In this document: piece by piece, positions 46,787 to 56,889 of the stretch
Layout: each line of letters begins with the position of its first letter
Numbering within the stretch: position 1 is the first letter of the stretch
Assembly: GCA_038207085.1 (NCBI GenBank)
Contig: JBBRAE010000009.1
Location: 1-64,000 of the forward strand
Direction of reading: 5' to 3'
Source: Armatimonadota bacterium
GTDB lineage: Bacteria > Armatimonadota > UBA5829 > DTLH01
Length of the DNA stretch: 64,000 nt
The notes under the pieces: generated by a model
Database searches by the model: none
The model's input: only the letters and a program-made list of their open reading frames with translations
What the model was told of the DNA's origin: nothing
Program-made: the position numbers and the translations under genes

Positions 46787-47923
46787 TTGAAGAAGATTAT
46801 CATTGGATTGGCAGCAGTAGTGATGGCTGCCGGGCAGACTGCGTGGGCACAGGACACCAACGACGCAGCATCGATTAGCCAGCAGATGGAGCAGATGAAG
46901 GCGCAGCTTGAGGAGCTTCAGCAGAAGCTTAACACTCTTGACGCGGTCGTCACTGACCCCGAGGGCAAAGTAGAGACCGCGCTCTCCGACCTTTCCAAGG
47001 TGAAGAAAGTCACAGTGAGCGGCTACGCTCAGATTCGCTATGAGGCAGCCGACCAGAAAGAAGACGGCGGTAAGTTCGACGATGGCTACAATCTGCGCCG
47101 CGCCCGAATCAAGGTCACCGCAACCCCGACCCAAACGACATCGGCCGTGCTTCAGTTGGACATGGGCGGCAACAAGTTGAGCGTCAAAGATGCCTACCTC
47201 ACCTATGCTCCCAAGCCTATTTATCCCTTTACCATCGGCCAGATGAACTGGATCTTCGGCTACGAAATTCCCTATTCCTCAAGCCGCAGAGAGACCCCGG
47301 AGCGCGCGCTTGTTTTCCGCAGACTCTTTCAGGGCGAGCGCGACCGCGGCGCAAAGTTGGGTTTCCCGGTGGGCAAGTACGGAACAGGGCAGGTCGGCGC
47401 TTTTGACGGCACCGGTATCGAAAGCGGCATCGCAGGCGACTTCGACTCCAAGAAGGACTATCTCGCGAACGTCTCCTGGGCAAAGGGCGATATGGAGTGG
47501 GGCATCTCCGGTTACCTGGGCGGCAACATCCTGAACTCTGGCCGCACCGACACCGTCACGGCCGACAAAGACCGCTACGGCGCAGATTTCCGCTACTACG
47601 GCGAGAACTGGACGTTCAAGAGCGAGTACGTGCGGGGCAAAGGCGTCGACACCGCAGACCCGGCTTACACCAACTGGATCGACGGCTACTACACTCAGTT
47701 CAACTACAACACCAATGTGCAGAACACGCTCGTCGCGAGGTACTCCTCGATGTCCGAAGACCCCAAAAAGCTCACCCTGGGCCGCAGAAGCGCCTGGGAC
47801 CTGGGATGGATTCACTACTTTGACAACAACCTGAAGATGAAGATCTTCCAGACTATCAATCAGGAGTCGAAGGTGAAACTCCCGAACGACATTACTCGCC
47901 TTGAGTTTGTGGTTACTTACTAG
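46787..47923 (+). CDS. Phosphate-selective porin (OprO/OprP-like)
   Basis: Signal peptide, coiled coil, VSGYAQIRY...LRRARIK...KDAYL...GERDRG; C-terminal aromatic residue. Confidence 0.8.
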   Translation: MKKIIIGLAAVVMAAGQTAWAQDTNDAASISQQMEQMKAQLEELQQKLNTLDAVVTDPEGKVETALSDLSKVKKVTVSGYAQIRYEAADQKEDGGKFDDGYNLRRARIKVTATPTQTTSAVLQLDMGGNKLSVKDAYLTYAPKPIYPFTIGQMNWIFGYEIPYSSSRRETPERALVFRRLFQGERDRGAKLGFPVGKYGTGQVGAFDGTGIESGIAGDFDSKKDYLANVSWAKGDMEWGISGYLGGNILNSGRTDTVTADKDRYGADFRYYGENWTFKSEYVRGKGVDTADPAYTNWIDGYYTQFNYNTNVQNTLVARYSSMSEDPKKLTLGRRSAWDLGWIHYFDNNLKMKIFQTINQESKVKLPNDITRLEFVVTY

Positions 47924-47937
47924 ACCTGGACGAAAGA

Positions 47938-47963
47938 GGGCGGACACATTGGTCCGCCCCTAC
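47938..47963 (-). repeat. GTAG-type REP element
   Basis: Reverse complement GTAGGGGCGGACCAATGTGTCCGCCC. Confidence 0.8.
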
Positions 47964-47993
47964 ATCCTATATATCGACACAGGAGATAACAAT

Positions 47994-48854
47994 ATGAAAC
48001 GAATGCTTAGGATTGCTCTTGCCGCGACCGCTTCTCTTGCGATTGTCGCAGGCGCGGCAGTCGCCGAACCCAAAGGGAGCCTGAAGATCGCGGGCTCCAC
48101 CACTGTCCTGCCGCTTTCACAGGTGTGGGCGGAGACCTTTATGATGAAGTATAACGGCGCGCGCATCTCCGTCTCGGGCGGCGGCACCGGCACCGGTATC
48201 TCAATGCTGACAAACGGCACCTGCGACATCGCAAACGCCAGCCGAGCCGCAAAGAAGAAAGAGATCGACGCAGCCCGCACCCGCAACACCAAGCTCGTTG
48301 AGACCAAGCTTGCAAAGGACGGCCTCGCAATCATCGTCCACTCGTCAAGCAACGTCAAGAACCTGACTATGGACCAGCTTCAGGCGATGTATAGCGGCAA
48401 GATTCAGAACTGGAAAGAGGTCGGCGGCAACTCCGGCAAGGGGATAGTGCTGGTCGGTCGAGACACAAGTTCCGGCACCTACGGGTTCTTCCAGGAAGCC
48501 GTGCTTGACGGTGGCAACTACGCAAAAGACATGCTCAGCATGCCAAGTAACGCTGCAATTGCCCAGGCGGTTGCTCAGTCCCGAGACGCGATCGGCTACG
48601 TCGGAATCGCCTACGCCGACGACTACGTGAAGAAGGGCAAGGTCAACATTGTCGCCATTTCGCTGAAGAAGGGGCAGAAGGGCATCTTGCCGACCCGATC
48701 GACGATCGACGACGGGTCGTACCCGCTCTTCAGATATCTCTACGCATACACCAACGGAACTCCCAAGGGACTCGTCGGCGACTTCCTGAAGTGGTGCACT
48801 GGCGCTGAAGGTCAGAGCCTCGTGCACAAGGCCGGTTACGAGCCGCTCAAGTAA
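47994..48854 (+). CDS. pstS: Phosphate ABC transporter substrate-binding protein
   Basis: IAGSTTVLP, GGGTGTGI, GRDTSSGTYGFF, YPLFRYLY. Confidence 0.93.
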   Translation: MKRMLRIALAATASLAIVAGAAVAEPKGSLKIAGSTTVLPLSQVWAETFMMKYNGARISVSGGGTGTGISMLTNGTCDIANASRAAKKKEIDAARTRNTKLVETKLAKDGLAIIVHSSSNVKNLTMDQLQAMYSGKIQNWKEVGGNSGKGIVLVGRDTSSGTYGFFQEAVLDGGNYAKDMLSMPSNAAIAQAVAQSRDAIGYVGIAYADDYVKKGKVNIVAISLKKGQKGILPTRSTIDDGSYPLFRYLYAYTNGTPKGLVGDFLKWCTGAEGQSLVHKAGYEPLK

Positions 48855-48890
48855 AACGCTACACCGAATCGGCTGGTTTTCAGCCGTGAT

Positions 48891-48927
48891 GGGCCTGGCC
48901 GATGACTCGCAATCGACCAGGCCTTTT
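48891..48927 (+). terminator. Intrinsic terminator after pstS
   Basis: GGCCTGG..GAT ... ATC..CCAGGCC followed by TTTT. Confidence 0.6.
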
Positions 48928-48932
48928 GACTT

Positions 48933-50735
48933 CTACTGCTGTGTTGAAAGATCGAACTGCTGCTCGCAGAGCCTGGCGTAGAGCCCGCCCTGCGCGATAA
49001 GAGCGTCGTGGGGACCGAGCTCTATAACTCGTCCCTGGTCGACTACCGCTATCTGGTCGGCGTTTTTGATGGTTGAGAGCCTGTGGGCGACGACGATCGT
49101 GGTGCGCTCGACGGTGAGCTCCTCAAGCGCCTGCTGGACGATCCGCTCGCTTTCAGAGTCAAGTGCGCTTGTCGCTTCGTCAAGGACGATGATCGCGGGG
49201 TCTTTTAGAAACGTTCGGGCGATAGAAATCCTCTGGCGCTGGCCGCCTGAGAGACGCACTCCACGCTCCCCGAGCATCGTTTCGTAGCCGTCCTCCATCT
49301 CTTCGATAAACTCCTCGGCGTAGGCGCGCCGGGCGGCGTCGCACACTTCCTCAAAGCTTGCGTCAGGCCTGCCGTAGAGAATGTTTTCGGCGATCGTGCC
49401 GCTGAAGAGCACCGGCTCCTGGGGGACTAGCCCGATCTGGTGGCGGAGCGAGTAGATAGTATAGTCGCATGTGTCGCGCCCGTCGATCAGGATGCGCCCC
49501 GAGTCAAGCTCGTAGAACCTGTTCAGGAGGTGCGTGACGGTCGTCTTGCCGCCGCCAGAGGGGCCGACCAGGGCAAGTGTCGTCTTTGCCGGGATTACAA
49601 GGTCGAGCCTGTCAAAAATCAGGTTGTCCGAGGTCGGGTAGCTGAAGCAGACGCGCTCAAGGACGATCTCACCGCGGAACCTCGGAGCCCGCACCGCGCC
49701 GGGACGGTCGGCGACCTCGGGCTCGGTGTCGAATATCGAGAATATACGGTCGGTCGCTCCAAGCGCGCTTGCAGTGATCAGCTGCATCTCGTTCAGCCAC
49801 TCAAAAGGGGTGTATATCTGCCCCTGCATCAGGATAAACTGGATCAAAAGCCCGACCGTGATCTCTCCGGGGTGGAAAAGCGCGAGGTGTCCGCCGATCA
49901 GCACCACCACTAGCTGGGTACTGTAGCGGACGAAGTTCATGCTCGCCTCGCTCATCCCTGAGAGCTTGGAGTTTTTCACACCGAGGCCGACGAGCACGTT
50001 TGAGTCGTCGCTGAAGCGCTGGATCTCCTCATCTTCGCCCGTAAACGCCTTGACGACGGTCGCAGCGGCGAGCTTTTCCTGAGCGCTTCCCGAGAGGCGC
50101 GCGAGATGGTCGCGGATCGCTGTGGCGTTTCTCTTCACCCTCCAGCCGATCTTGCGCTGAATCAAAAGCTGCACCGGCAGAAGCGACACTGAAAGCAGGC
50201 CGAGGTAGACGCTCTTGGAGAAGAAATAGGTGAGGACCACCGAAATCAAGGCTATGCAGAGCCAGATCTGCACGAACGCTTTTCCGAGGAATGGCTGGAT
50301 CATCTCGGTGTCGCCGATGATGCGGCTTGTAAGCGAGCCCGAACGGTTGGAGTCAAAGAACGAATGTGAGAGCTTCTGGATGTGCGCGTAGAGGTCACAG
50401 CGCAGGCTTTTGATCACCTCTTGGGTCGCTCGCGCGGAGACAGCGCTTCGCCAGTAGACAAATATTGGAGAGGCAAGCACGATCCCTGCGCCGATCAATA
50501 GCAGCCGCTTGATCTCGATCCAACCCGCCTGGTTGCTCATCTTGCCAGCGTTTACCGAGCCCAGTGTGTCCACCGCCTGCCCAACAAGCCACGCAATTGC
50601 GACCGGCATCAGAAACTTCACAAGCCCGGCCGCTGTCGCGAGCGCGTACTGCGGCCAGTGGGGCTTTACATACGCAAGGAGCCTGCGCAGGTTGCTCGGT
50701 TTTCGCTCTTCCCGACTGAGCTTTCGGCCTATCAT
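48933..50735 (-). CDS. ABC exporter, fused permease/ATPase (MsbA/Sav1866-like)
   Basis: TM domain plus GPSGGGKT, LSGGQRQR, LDEATSALD. Confidence 0.92.
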   Translation of the reverse strand: MIGRKLSREERKPSNLRRLLAYVKPHWPQYALATAAGLVKFLMPVAIAWLVGQAVDTLGSVNAGKMSNQAGWIEIKRLLLIGAGIVLASPIFVYWRSAVSARATQEVIKSLRCDLYAHIQKLSHSFFDSNRSGSLTSRIIGDTEMIQPFLGKAFVQIWLCIALISVVLTYFFSKSVYLGLLSVSLLPVQLLIQRKIGWRVKRNATAIRDHLARLSGSAQEKLAAATVVKAFTGEDEEIQRFSDDSNVLVGLGVKNSKLSGMSEASMNFVRYSTQLVVVLIGGHLALFHPGEITVGLLIQFILMQGQIYTPFEWLNEMQLITASALGATDRIFSIFDTEPEVADRPGAVRAPRFRGEIVLERVCFSYPTSDNLIFDRLDLVIPAKTTLALVGPSGGGKTTVTHLLNRFYELDSGRILIDGRDTCDYTIYSLRHQIGLVPQEPVLFSGTIAENILYGRPDASFEEVCDAARRAYAEEFIEEMEDGYETMLGERGVRLSGGQRQRISIARTFLKDPAIIVLDEATSALDSESERIVQQALEELTVERTTIVVAHRLSTIKNADQIAVVDQGRVIELGPHDALIAQGGLYARLCEQQFDLSTQQ

Positions 50736-50841
50736 AAAACTAACTCCAAGTTGCCTTTGCGCCTGAACGACGCACGTTTTTGGGCATGGCCAGACGCCAG
50801 CCATAGTATAGCACTAATCAGCTCGCCTGCGTTTCGGATAT

Positions 50842-50885
50842 GTTAACTCCCCTGTAAGGAGGCTGTAAGAAACCGAGCATATAAT
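50842..50885 (+). promoter_or_regulatory. Pho box array and -10 upstream of pstC
   Basis: GTTAAC 50842, TGTAAG 50853, TGTAAG 50864 (11-bp period); TATAAT 50880. Confidence 0.75.
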
Positions 50886-50916
50886 CGATATAGAACGTGA
50901 TCTAACCTACATCTCC

Positions 50917-51885
50917 ATGGAGATATATGCTTCTATGTCTGACAATCTGACTGCAGAACCGGAAACCGTGGAGCGAAAAAGCTTTGTGCGGCAGGCCTCA
51001 CGGGCAAAGAAGACCCGCGACAACCTGATCGCCCGATTTGTCGCGATTAACGGCGGGGTGGGGATCCTCGCGATCCTGTTGATCTTCGGCTTCTTGCTGA
51101 AAGACGCGATTCCTACTTTTAAGCACGTGTCCCTCTGGAAGTTCCTGACCGGCGCGACTTGGCAGCCGGATCAGGATATCTTTGGGATCGTGCCACTTCT
51201 GGCCGGTTCGGCTGCTGTGACGATCGGCGCGGTCGTGATAGCAGTTCCCCTTGGTATTGCATGCGCCGTGTATTTGGCTGAGATCGCCCCCGTCCGGGTG
51301 CGCGAGATTCTGAAGCCGACGATTGAGGTGCTAGCGGGTATTCCCTCGGTTGTGATAGGGTTCATCGGGCTTACCATCGCTGCCCCTTTCATCCAGGAAG
51401 CGCTCCATTTGCAGACCGGGCTTACGGCTCTTACCGCCGCGGTAATGCTTGGGTTTATGGCGGTGCCGACGATCATCACAATCGCGGAAGATGCAATCAT
51501 CGCCGTTCCGGCGGCTTACCGTGAGGGCTCGCTTGCTCTTGGTTCGACCCGCTGGGAGACGATCTCCCGGGTGATCTTTCCAGCTGCAAAGAGCGGGGTC
51601 ATCGCAGGGTGCATGCTCGGAGTCGGGCGCGCGGTCGGTGAGACTATGACCGTCTTGATGGTCGCGGGCAACGCTTCAAACGTGCCTGAAGGGCTGAAGG
51701 GGATCGTGCCGTTCTTTCTGGGGTCGGTCAAGACGATGACGGCGCAGATCGCAAGTGAAGCGCCCGAGGCCGCAGTCAACTCACCCCATTACCACGCGCT
51801 TTTCGCTGTGGGGCTCACGCTATTTCTTATAACGTTTGGGATCAATCTCGTTGCGGACCTTGCGCTTTCAAAAGGGAGGCACTGA
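50917..51885 (+). CDS. pstC: Phosphate ABC transporter permease PstC
   Basis: LAGIPSVVIGF, GRAVGETMTVLMVAGN. Confidence 0.95.
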   Translation: MEIYASMSDNLTAEPETVERKSFVRQASRAKKTRDNLIARFVAINGGVGILAILLIFGFLLKDAIPTFKHVSLWKFLTGATWQPDQDIFGIVPLLAGSAAVTIGAVVIAVPLGIACAVYLAEIAPVRVREILKPTIEVLAGIPSVVIGFIGLTIAAPFIQEALHLQTGLTALTAAVMLGFMAVPTIITIAEDAIIAVPAAYREGSLALGSTRWETISRVIFPAAKSGVIAGCMLGVGRAVGETMTVLMVAGNASNVPEGLKGIVPFFLGSVKTMTAQIASEAPEAAVNSPHYHALFAVGLTLFLITFGINLVADLALSKGRH

Positions 51886-52742
51886 TGGACGGCCACAAGA
51901 AGCGGCTCGCCAAAGAAAGACTCGTTTTTATTCTCCTTGGCCTGTCGGCGTTTGTGGTGGTCGCACCGGTCGTGGCTGTGATCTACTTTCTGATCGCCCG
52001 GGGCGCGTCGGCCATGAGCTGGGAGTTTATCTCGCAGCCACCGAGGATGTTCTTCCAAGAAGGCGGCATCTTCCCGGCGATTGTCGGGACGCTGTATCTT
52101 CTGGTAGGAACTATCGTCTTTGCGGTGCCGGTCGGGATACTCGCAGCCGTTTACTTGACCGAATATGCGAACAGAAACGCACTTACGCGCATCATCCGTC
52201 TGGCGATTGTGAACCTCGCGGGGGTGCCATCGATCGTCTTTGGGCTGTTTGGCCTTGGGCTTTTCGTATACTTCCTGCAGTTCGGAAAGTCGATTCTCGC
52301 GGGTTCGGCGACCCTTGCGATTCTTATTTTGCCTGTCATAATCACCTCTGCCGAAGAGGCGCTTTTGACGGTGCCGCAGTCGTTTCGGGAGGCGAGCCTT
52401 GCGCTTGGAGCGACCAAGTGGCAGACGATCCAGAAAGTCGTCCTTCCGAACTCATTTGCCGGGATTCTAACCGGCGTGATACTTGGGGTAGGGCGCGCAG
52501 CGGGGGAGACCGCCCCGATTATGCTTACCGCCGCGGCATTCTATATGCCGACCCTTCCAAAATCGGTCTTTCAGGACTGTATGGCGCTTCCCTATCAGCT
52601 TTGGGTGCTGACTTCCGAGTCTTTCAACCCGTCGCCCAAGTTCCAGTGGGGAACGGCACTTACTCTTTTGATTCTTGTCCTGGGTTTGAACCTGATCGCT
52701 TCGATCATCCGAACCCGCTTTAGGAGGAAGAGAGCTTGGTAA
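51885..52742 (+). CDS. pstA: Phosphate ABC transporter permease PstA
   Basis: [23 protein letters not shown]. Confidence 0.95.
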   Translation: MDGHKKRLAKERLVFILLGLSAFVVVAPVVAVIYFLIARGASAMSWEFISQPPRMFFQEGGIFPAIVGTLYLLVGTIVFAVPVGILAAVYLTEYANRNALTRIIRLAIVNLAGVPSIVFGLFGLGLFVYFLQFGKSILAGSATLAILILPVIITSAEEALLTVPQSFREASLALGATKWQTIQKVVLPNSFAGILTGVILGVGRAAGETAPIMLTAAAFYMPTLPKSVFQDCMALPYQLWVLTSESFNPSPKFQWGTALTLLILVLGLNLIASIIRTRFRRKRAW

Positions 52743-53587
52743 TGACTTATGATCCTCTACTGGCAGTTGAAGTTCCCCGGGATTTCACCTCCGAGACCGG
52801 CCCTGTGCCTGAAGATACGGAGCAGGAGAATAACCCCGTGCTTATAAGCGTGCGGGGGCTGAACTTCTACTACGGGGACTTTCAGGCGCTTACAGGGATC
52901 ACCGCCGACATCCAGGAGCGGGCGATCACCGCGCTGATCGGGCCATCGGGATGCGGTAAATCGACCTTTCTGCGCTGCCTGAACCGAATGAACGACCTGA
53001 TACCCGGCACAAAGTGCGTGGGAGAGGCCCTGATTCACGGCGACGATATCCTCGCCCCAAGCGTGGACGTGGTGGAGCTTAGAAAACGCATTGGGATGGT
53101 ATTTCAGAGGCCAAACCCATTCCCGATGTCGATATTCGATAACGTCGCCTATGGCCCACGGATTCACGGGATGCGCGACCGGGGGAAGCTCTCTGAGCTT
53201 GTCGAGGAGAGCCTTGTCGGCGCGGCGCTCTGGGATGAAGTGAAGGACAAGCTCAAAGCTTCGGCGTTTGCGCTCTCAGGCGGGCAGCAGCAGAGGCTCT
53301 GCATCGCACGAGTGCTTGCGGTCGAGCCTGAGATTCTTCTTATGGACGAGCCCGCCTCGGCACTTGACCCGATCTCAACCTTGAAGATCGAGGAACTGAT
53401 GCGCGAGCTTGCCAAGAACTATACGATCATCATCGTCACCCACAACATGCAGCAGGCCGCGCGCGTATCTCGCTTTACCGGCTTCTTCCTGAACGGTGAG
53501 ATGGTGGAGTTTGGCAACACCGACAAGCTCTTTACCCGCCCCGACGATCAGAGAACTGAAGACTACATCACCGGCCGGTTCGGCTAG
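52742..53587 (+). CDS. pstB: Phosphate ABC transporter ATPase
   Basis: [39 protein letters not shown]. Confidence 0.96.
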   Translation: MTYDPLLAVEVPRDFTSETGPVPEDTEQENNPVLISVRGLNFYYGDFQALTGITADIQERAITALIGPSGCGKSTFLRCLNRMNDLIPGTKCVGEALIHGDDILAPSVDVVELRKRIGMVFQRPNPFPMSIFDNVAYGPRIHGMRDRGKLSELVEESLVGAALWDEVKDKLKASAFALSGGQQQRLCIARVLAVEPEILLMDEPASALDPISTLKIEELMRELAKNYTIIIVTHNMQQAARVSRFTGFFLNGEMVEFGNTDKLFTRPDDQRTEDYITGRFG

Positions 53588-53600
53588 AGGAGAGTGCGCA

Positions 53601-54263
53601 TTGGGTGAAGCTGTAAGGATAGCGTTTGCAGACGACATAAGATCGCTTCAGCAGGATCTGCTCAACATGGCGAGTGTCGTCGAGCAGATGCTGCACAAGT
53701 CCATTGAGGGCCTTATGAAGCGCGACGTCTCCCTCGCCCGGGAGGCGATTGATATGGACGACATCGTCGACGACTATAACATCTCGATCGAAAACAGGTG
53801 TCTGCGCCTGCTCGCGCTCCAGCAGCCGATGGCCAGGGACCTGCGGACGATCGCCGCCGCGCTCAAGGTCATAACCGACATCGAGCGAATGGGCGACTAC
53901 GTGGTCGATATCGCCAAGACCGCGATAAAGGTCGCCGACAAGCCTTTGTTCAAGCCGCTTGTAGACATCCCGAGGATGGCAGACCTCGTGAAAAAGATGC
54001 TTCGGGAGACCCTTGAAGCGTTCGTCAGCCGCGACCTTGCCCTGATCGAGCATATGATCCACGACGACGACCTGGTCGACGACCTCAATAGAACGCTGCG
54101 CGACGAATTGATCGCCTACATGCAGCGCGACTCCGAGGTCATCCCTCAGGCCGTTCATCTCTTGTTGATCACCCGGTACCTGGAGCGCCTCGCCGACCAC
54201 GTCACAAACGTCGGCGAGCGGGTCTACTATATGGAAACCGGCGAAATGAAGGAGCTTCACTGA
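53601..54263 (+). CDS. phoU: Phosphate signalling protein PhoU
   Basis: LQQPMARDLR...DIERMGD and YLERLADHVTNVGE repeats; AGGAG SD before TTG53601. Confidence 0.95.
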   Translation: MGEAVRIAFADDIRSLQQDLLNMASVVEQMLHKSIEGLMKRDVSLAREAIDMDDIVDDYNISIENRCLRLLALQQPMARDLRTIAAALKVITDIERMGDYVVDIAKTAIKVADKPLFKPLVDIPRMADLVKKMLRETLEAFVSRDLALIEHMIHDDDLVDDLNRTLRDELIAYMQRDSEVIPQAVHLLLITRYLERLADHVTNVGERVYYMETGEMKELH

Positions 54264-54377
54264 GAGTTCTTACAGCTTTTCTTACCGAATCCTGTGCGTA
54301 GTACCAGTCTGGCGGGTTTCACAATAGTGGAAACAATAATCGGGCAAGCTGGATCGTGGGATTCGGGAGGGAATGTT

Positions 54378-54605
54378 ATGAAGATTAAAGTCAAAGGCTC
54401 AGTCTGGCTGATTTTAGGGACAGCGGCGATTGCATCGGTTATGTGCTCGGGTTGTGGTGGTGGAGGCGCTGCCGCGGGGGTTGGATCTCTCGCTGGAGGC
54501 TCCAGGATAACTACACCAGCGGACAACGACTACGAGACGCCACCGCCGCCGCCTGTTGACACACAGGACGAGATCGATGCGCCTCCGCCTCCTCCGGGGC
54601 TGTAA
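54378..54605 (+). CDS. Small proline-rich lipoprotein
   Basis: GGAGG SD; lipobox-like CSGC followed by GGGG; two PPPPP tracts. Confidence 0.6.
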   Translation: MKIKVKGSVWLILGTAAIASVMCSGCGGGGAAAGVGSLAGGSRITTPADNDYETPPPPPVDTQDEIDAPPPPPGL

Positions 54606-54708
54606 GCGCTTATACAGACAGATAGATCAAACGCCCGGCTTTGTCCGGGCTTTTCTTATGTGACCAGGAAACCGACACCGGAGCCGGGTAGACTTCTATT
54701 TATTGATA

Positions 54709-54748
54709 CAAAAGGCGGCAAGGGAATATTCACCCTTGCCGCCTTTTG
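54709..54748. terminator. Bidirectional terminator hairpin
   Basis: CAAAAGGCGGCAAGGG ... CCCTTGCCGCCTTTTG. Confidence 0.75.
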
Positions 54749-54791
54749 GCGTTGTTGAGTCGAAACCGGGCGGAAATGGGTCCGCCCTTGG

Positions 54792-54829
54792 GAGCATTAT
54801 TCACGAAATAGCGTGAATAATGCGGGCTA
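54792..54829. repeat. Hairpin-GCGGGCTA element
   Basis: GAGCATTATTCACG-AAATAG-CGTGAATAATGCGGGCTA; inverted copy at 61307-61343. Confidence 0.85.
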
Positions 54830-54843
54830 GCGAGTTACCGGCC

Positions 54844-55461
54844 TCACTTAGCTCTTGATGTCTTTCGGCAAGCTTTCAGTTTCTCCTGCTGCTCGGGAGT
54901 GAGCACGGAAAGCACCGTCTGGTGGTTGGCCTTGCGGATCTCTTCAATCTTCGCGGCCTTCTGCTGCTGCGTCAGGGTCGTGTTGGCCCGGATCGCCTGC
55001 ACCTGGGTGCGGGTATCTGCGCGGAACGCTTTGATCTGCGCCATCTGGGAGTCGGTGAGGTTGAGGCTCTTCCAGCACTCGCTCATCTCCTCGCGAGTCT
55101 CCTGGCGGCCAGCCCTAATTTCTTTGAGTTTGGCTCTCTGCTCGGTGGTGAGCACTGCGTCGATCTTTGCTTGTACACCCGTCCGCAGTTCGGCCCTCTT
55201 GGCCTTTTTCTGGTCGGGGGTGAGATTTGACTGCATGACCTTCTGGACTTCGGCGCGGTGGGCTACCTTGATCGTCTTGATCTCGGCCTTCTGTGCATCG
55301 GTCAGGTTCAATTTTTTTGCGAGGCCCTGGAAATACTCGTTGCGTGCGCCTTGTTTTCCTGCATTGCCCCGTGGTGCGGCAAAGGCGACGGCGGCGATAA
55401 GCGCTACGGCGATTGCCAGCAGCATTGCGAATGCAAAGGGTGATCTGATTCTTGTTCTCAT
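54844..55461 (-). CDS. Spy/CpxP (LTXXQ) family periplasmic chaperone
   Basis: Signal peptide; repeated LNLTDAQK, LTPDQK, LTTEQR, LTPEQQ. Confidence 0.85.
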   Translation of the reverse strand: MRTRIRSPFAFAMLLAIAVALIAAVAFAAPRGNAGKQGARNEYFQGLAKKLNLTDAQKAEIKTIKVAHRAEVQKVMQSNLTPDQKKAKRAELRTGVQAKIDAVLTTEQRAKLKEIRAGRQETREEMSECWKSLNLTDSQMAQIKAFRADTRTQVQAIRANTTLTQQQKAAKIEEIRKANHQTVLSVLTPEQQEKLKACRKTSRAK

Positions 55462-55629
55462 TCTGATTGTCCTCCAAATAAATAGGTGCTTTTCGAAAAG
55501 TCTTCGAAAGTATAGACGAGTCGATTCCGGGCCGGTTACACAGCAATCTCACAATATTTTTGGCAGATCATGCGGCAAAGGATTACCGCCCGCGCGCGCC
55601 TAAGGAGTCTTTGGAGTACAGAACGAACA

Positions 55630-56808
55630 ATGAAAACCACCAAAAGCCTTTCCATCCGCTGGGCATGCAGGGATATGAAGCTGATCTGGGCGGCTGCGTT
55701 TTTTGCACAACTTGGGTTTGGGATCTACATCACAACCTTCAACAACTTCGCTGTAAACTCGCTTCATATGAGCCAGACGCAGCTTGGACTCCTTGAGTCG
55801 ATCCGCGAGACGCCGGGTTTTGCGGTAGCGTTTATGCTCGCGCTTGCGATGCATGTGGCCGAGCCGCTGCTTGCAAGTTCGGCGATGTTTTTGATGGCGC
55901 TCGGATTCTACGGCTACTCGAGTCATCCGTCCTACGTCGAGCTTGTGGCGTTTTCGCTGCTTTGGTCGATCGGGTTGCACTGCTGGATGGCGATCCAGCC
56001 CGCGATGACCCTGGCGCTTGCCGAGGAGGGTCACAAGGGCAGGCGGCTTGGGCAGGTCGGAGCCTTTGGGGGGTTGGGGACGGCTGTGGGGATAGCCGCA
56101 GTGCTCATTATCGGGAATGGGGTGAGCTTTCCCGGGTGGTACGTCGTCACGGCTGGGACGATGCTTGTTTCGTCGGTGTTTGTGTTCTTCATCCGAAGGG
56201 ATCTCTCGCCTCCGGGCAAGACAGGGCTGGTTTTCAAGCGCAAATACGCGTTCTACTACGCGCTTACGTTCCTTGAGGGCTGCCGCAAGCAGGTGTTTAT
56301 CACTTGGGCGCCTTTTGTGCTTGTGAAGGTCTACGGCACGGAGCTTCGGATGGTCGCGCTACTTATGCTCATAAACAACATCGTCAACGTCTTTGGAAGC
56401 CCGATAGTGGGGAAGATCGTCGACCGGCGCGGCGAAAGCCGGATGCTGAGTGTAAGCTACGCGCTCTTGATTCTGGTGTTCATAGGCTACGCTACAGTGC
56501 GCCAGGCGCCACTGCTTTACGTGCTCTATTGCCTGGACAACCTGCTCTACTTCTCATCGATCGGCCTTACGAGTTACATCAACCGCATCGCCGAGAAAAA
56601 CGATCTTAGGCCGAGCATCAGTATGGGGGTCACGACCAATCACCTGGGCGCAGTAATCGTCCCGATCCTGGGTGGGTTCCTTTGGGTGAAGTCCGACTAC
56701 CCGATCGTGTTTGTGCTTGGAGCGGGTGTGGTCGCTGTGTCGCTCGTTCTTGCGATCATGATGAAGGGGCGGCTGCGGCTTGATGGGAATGCGTTGCCCC
56801 AAAAGTAA
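55630..56808 (+). CDS. MFS transporter
   Basis: About 12 hydrophobic segments; GKIVDRRGE motif A-like. Confidence 0.88.
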   Translation: MKTTKSLSIRWACRDMKLIWAAAFFAQLGFGIYITTFNNFAVNSLHMSQTQLGLLESIRETPGFAVAFMLALAMHVAEPLLASSAMFLMALGFYGYSSHPSYVELVAFSLLWSIGLHCWMAIQPAMTLALAEEGHKGRRLGQVGAFGGLGTAVGIAAVLIIGNGVSFPGWYVVTAGTMLVSSVFVFFIRRDLSPPGKTGLVFKRKYAFYYALTFLEGCRKQVFITWAPFVLVKVYGTELRMVALLMLINNIVNVFGSPIVGKIVDRRGESRMLSVSYALLILVFIGYATVRQAPLLYVLYCLDNLLYFSSIGLTSYINRIAEKNDLRPSISMGVTTNHLGAVIVPILGGFLWVKSDYPIVFVLGAGVVAVSLVLAIMMKGRLRLDGNALPQK

Positions 56809-56842
56809 TATCGGCGGTGGCATATTCACCGTCGTCGGGTGA

Positions 56843-56868
56843 GGGCGGACACGCTGGTCCGCCACTAC
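56843..56868 (-). repeat. GTAG-type REP element
   Basis: Reverse complement GTAGTGGCGGACCAGCGTGTCCGCCC. Confidence 0.75.
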
Positions 56869-56889
56869 ACCCCTGGCTGACAGCTTTCG

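Noticed and set aside
51836..52723. Alternative-frame 295-aa ORF over pstA
   Set aside because: No recognisable protein features; overlaps the clear pstA
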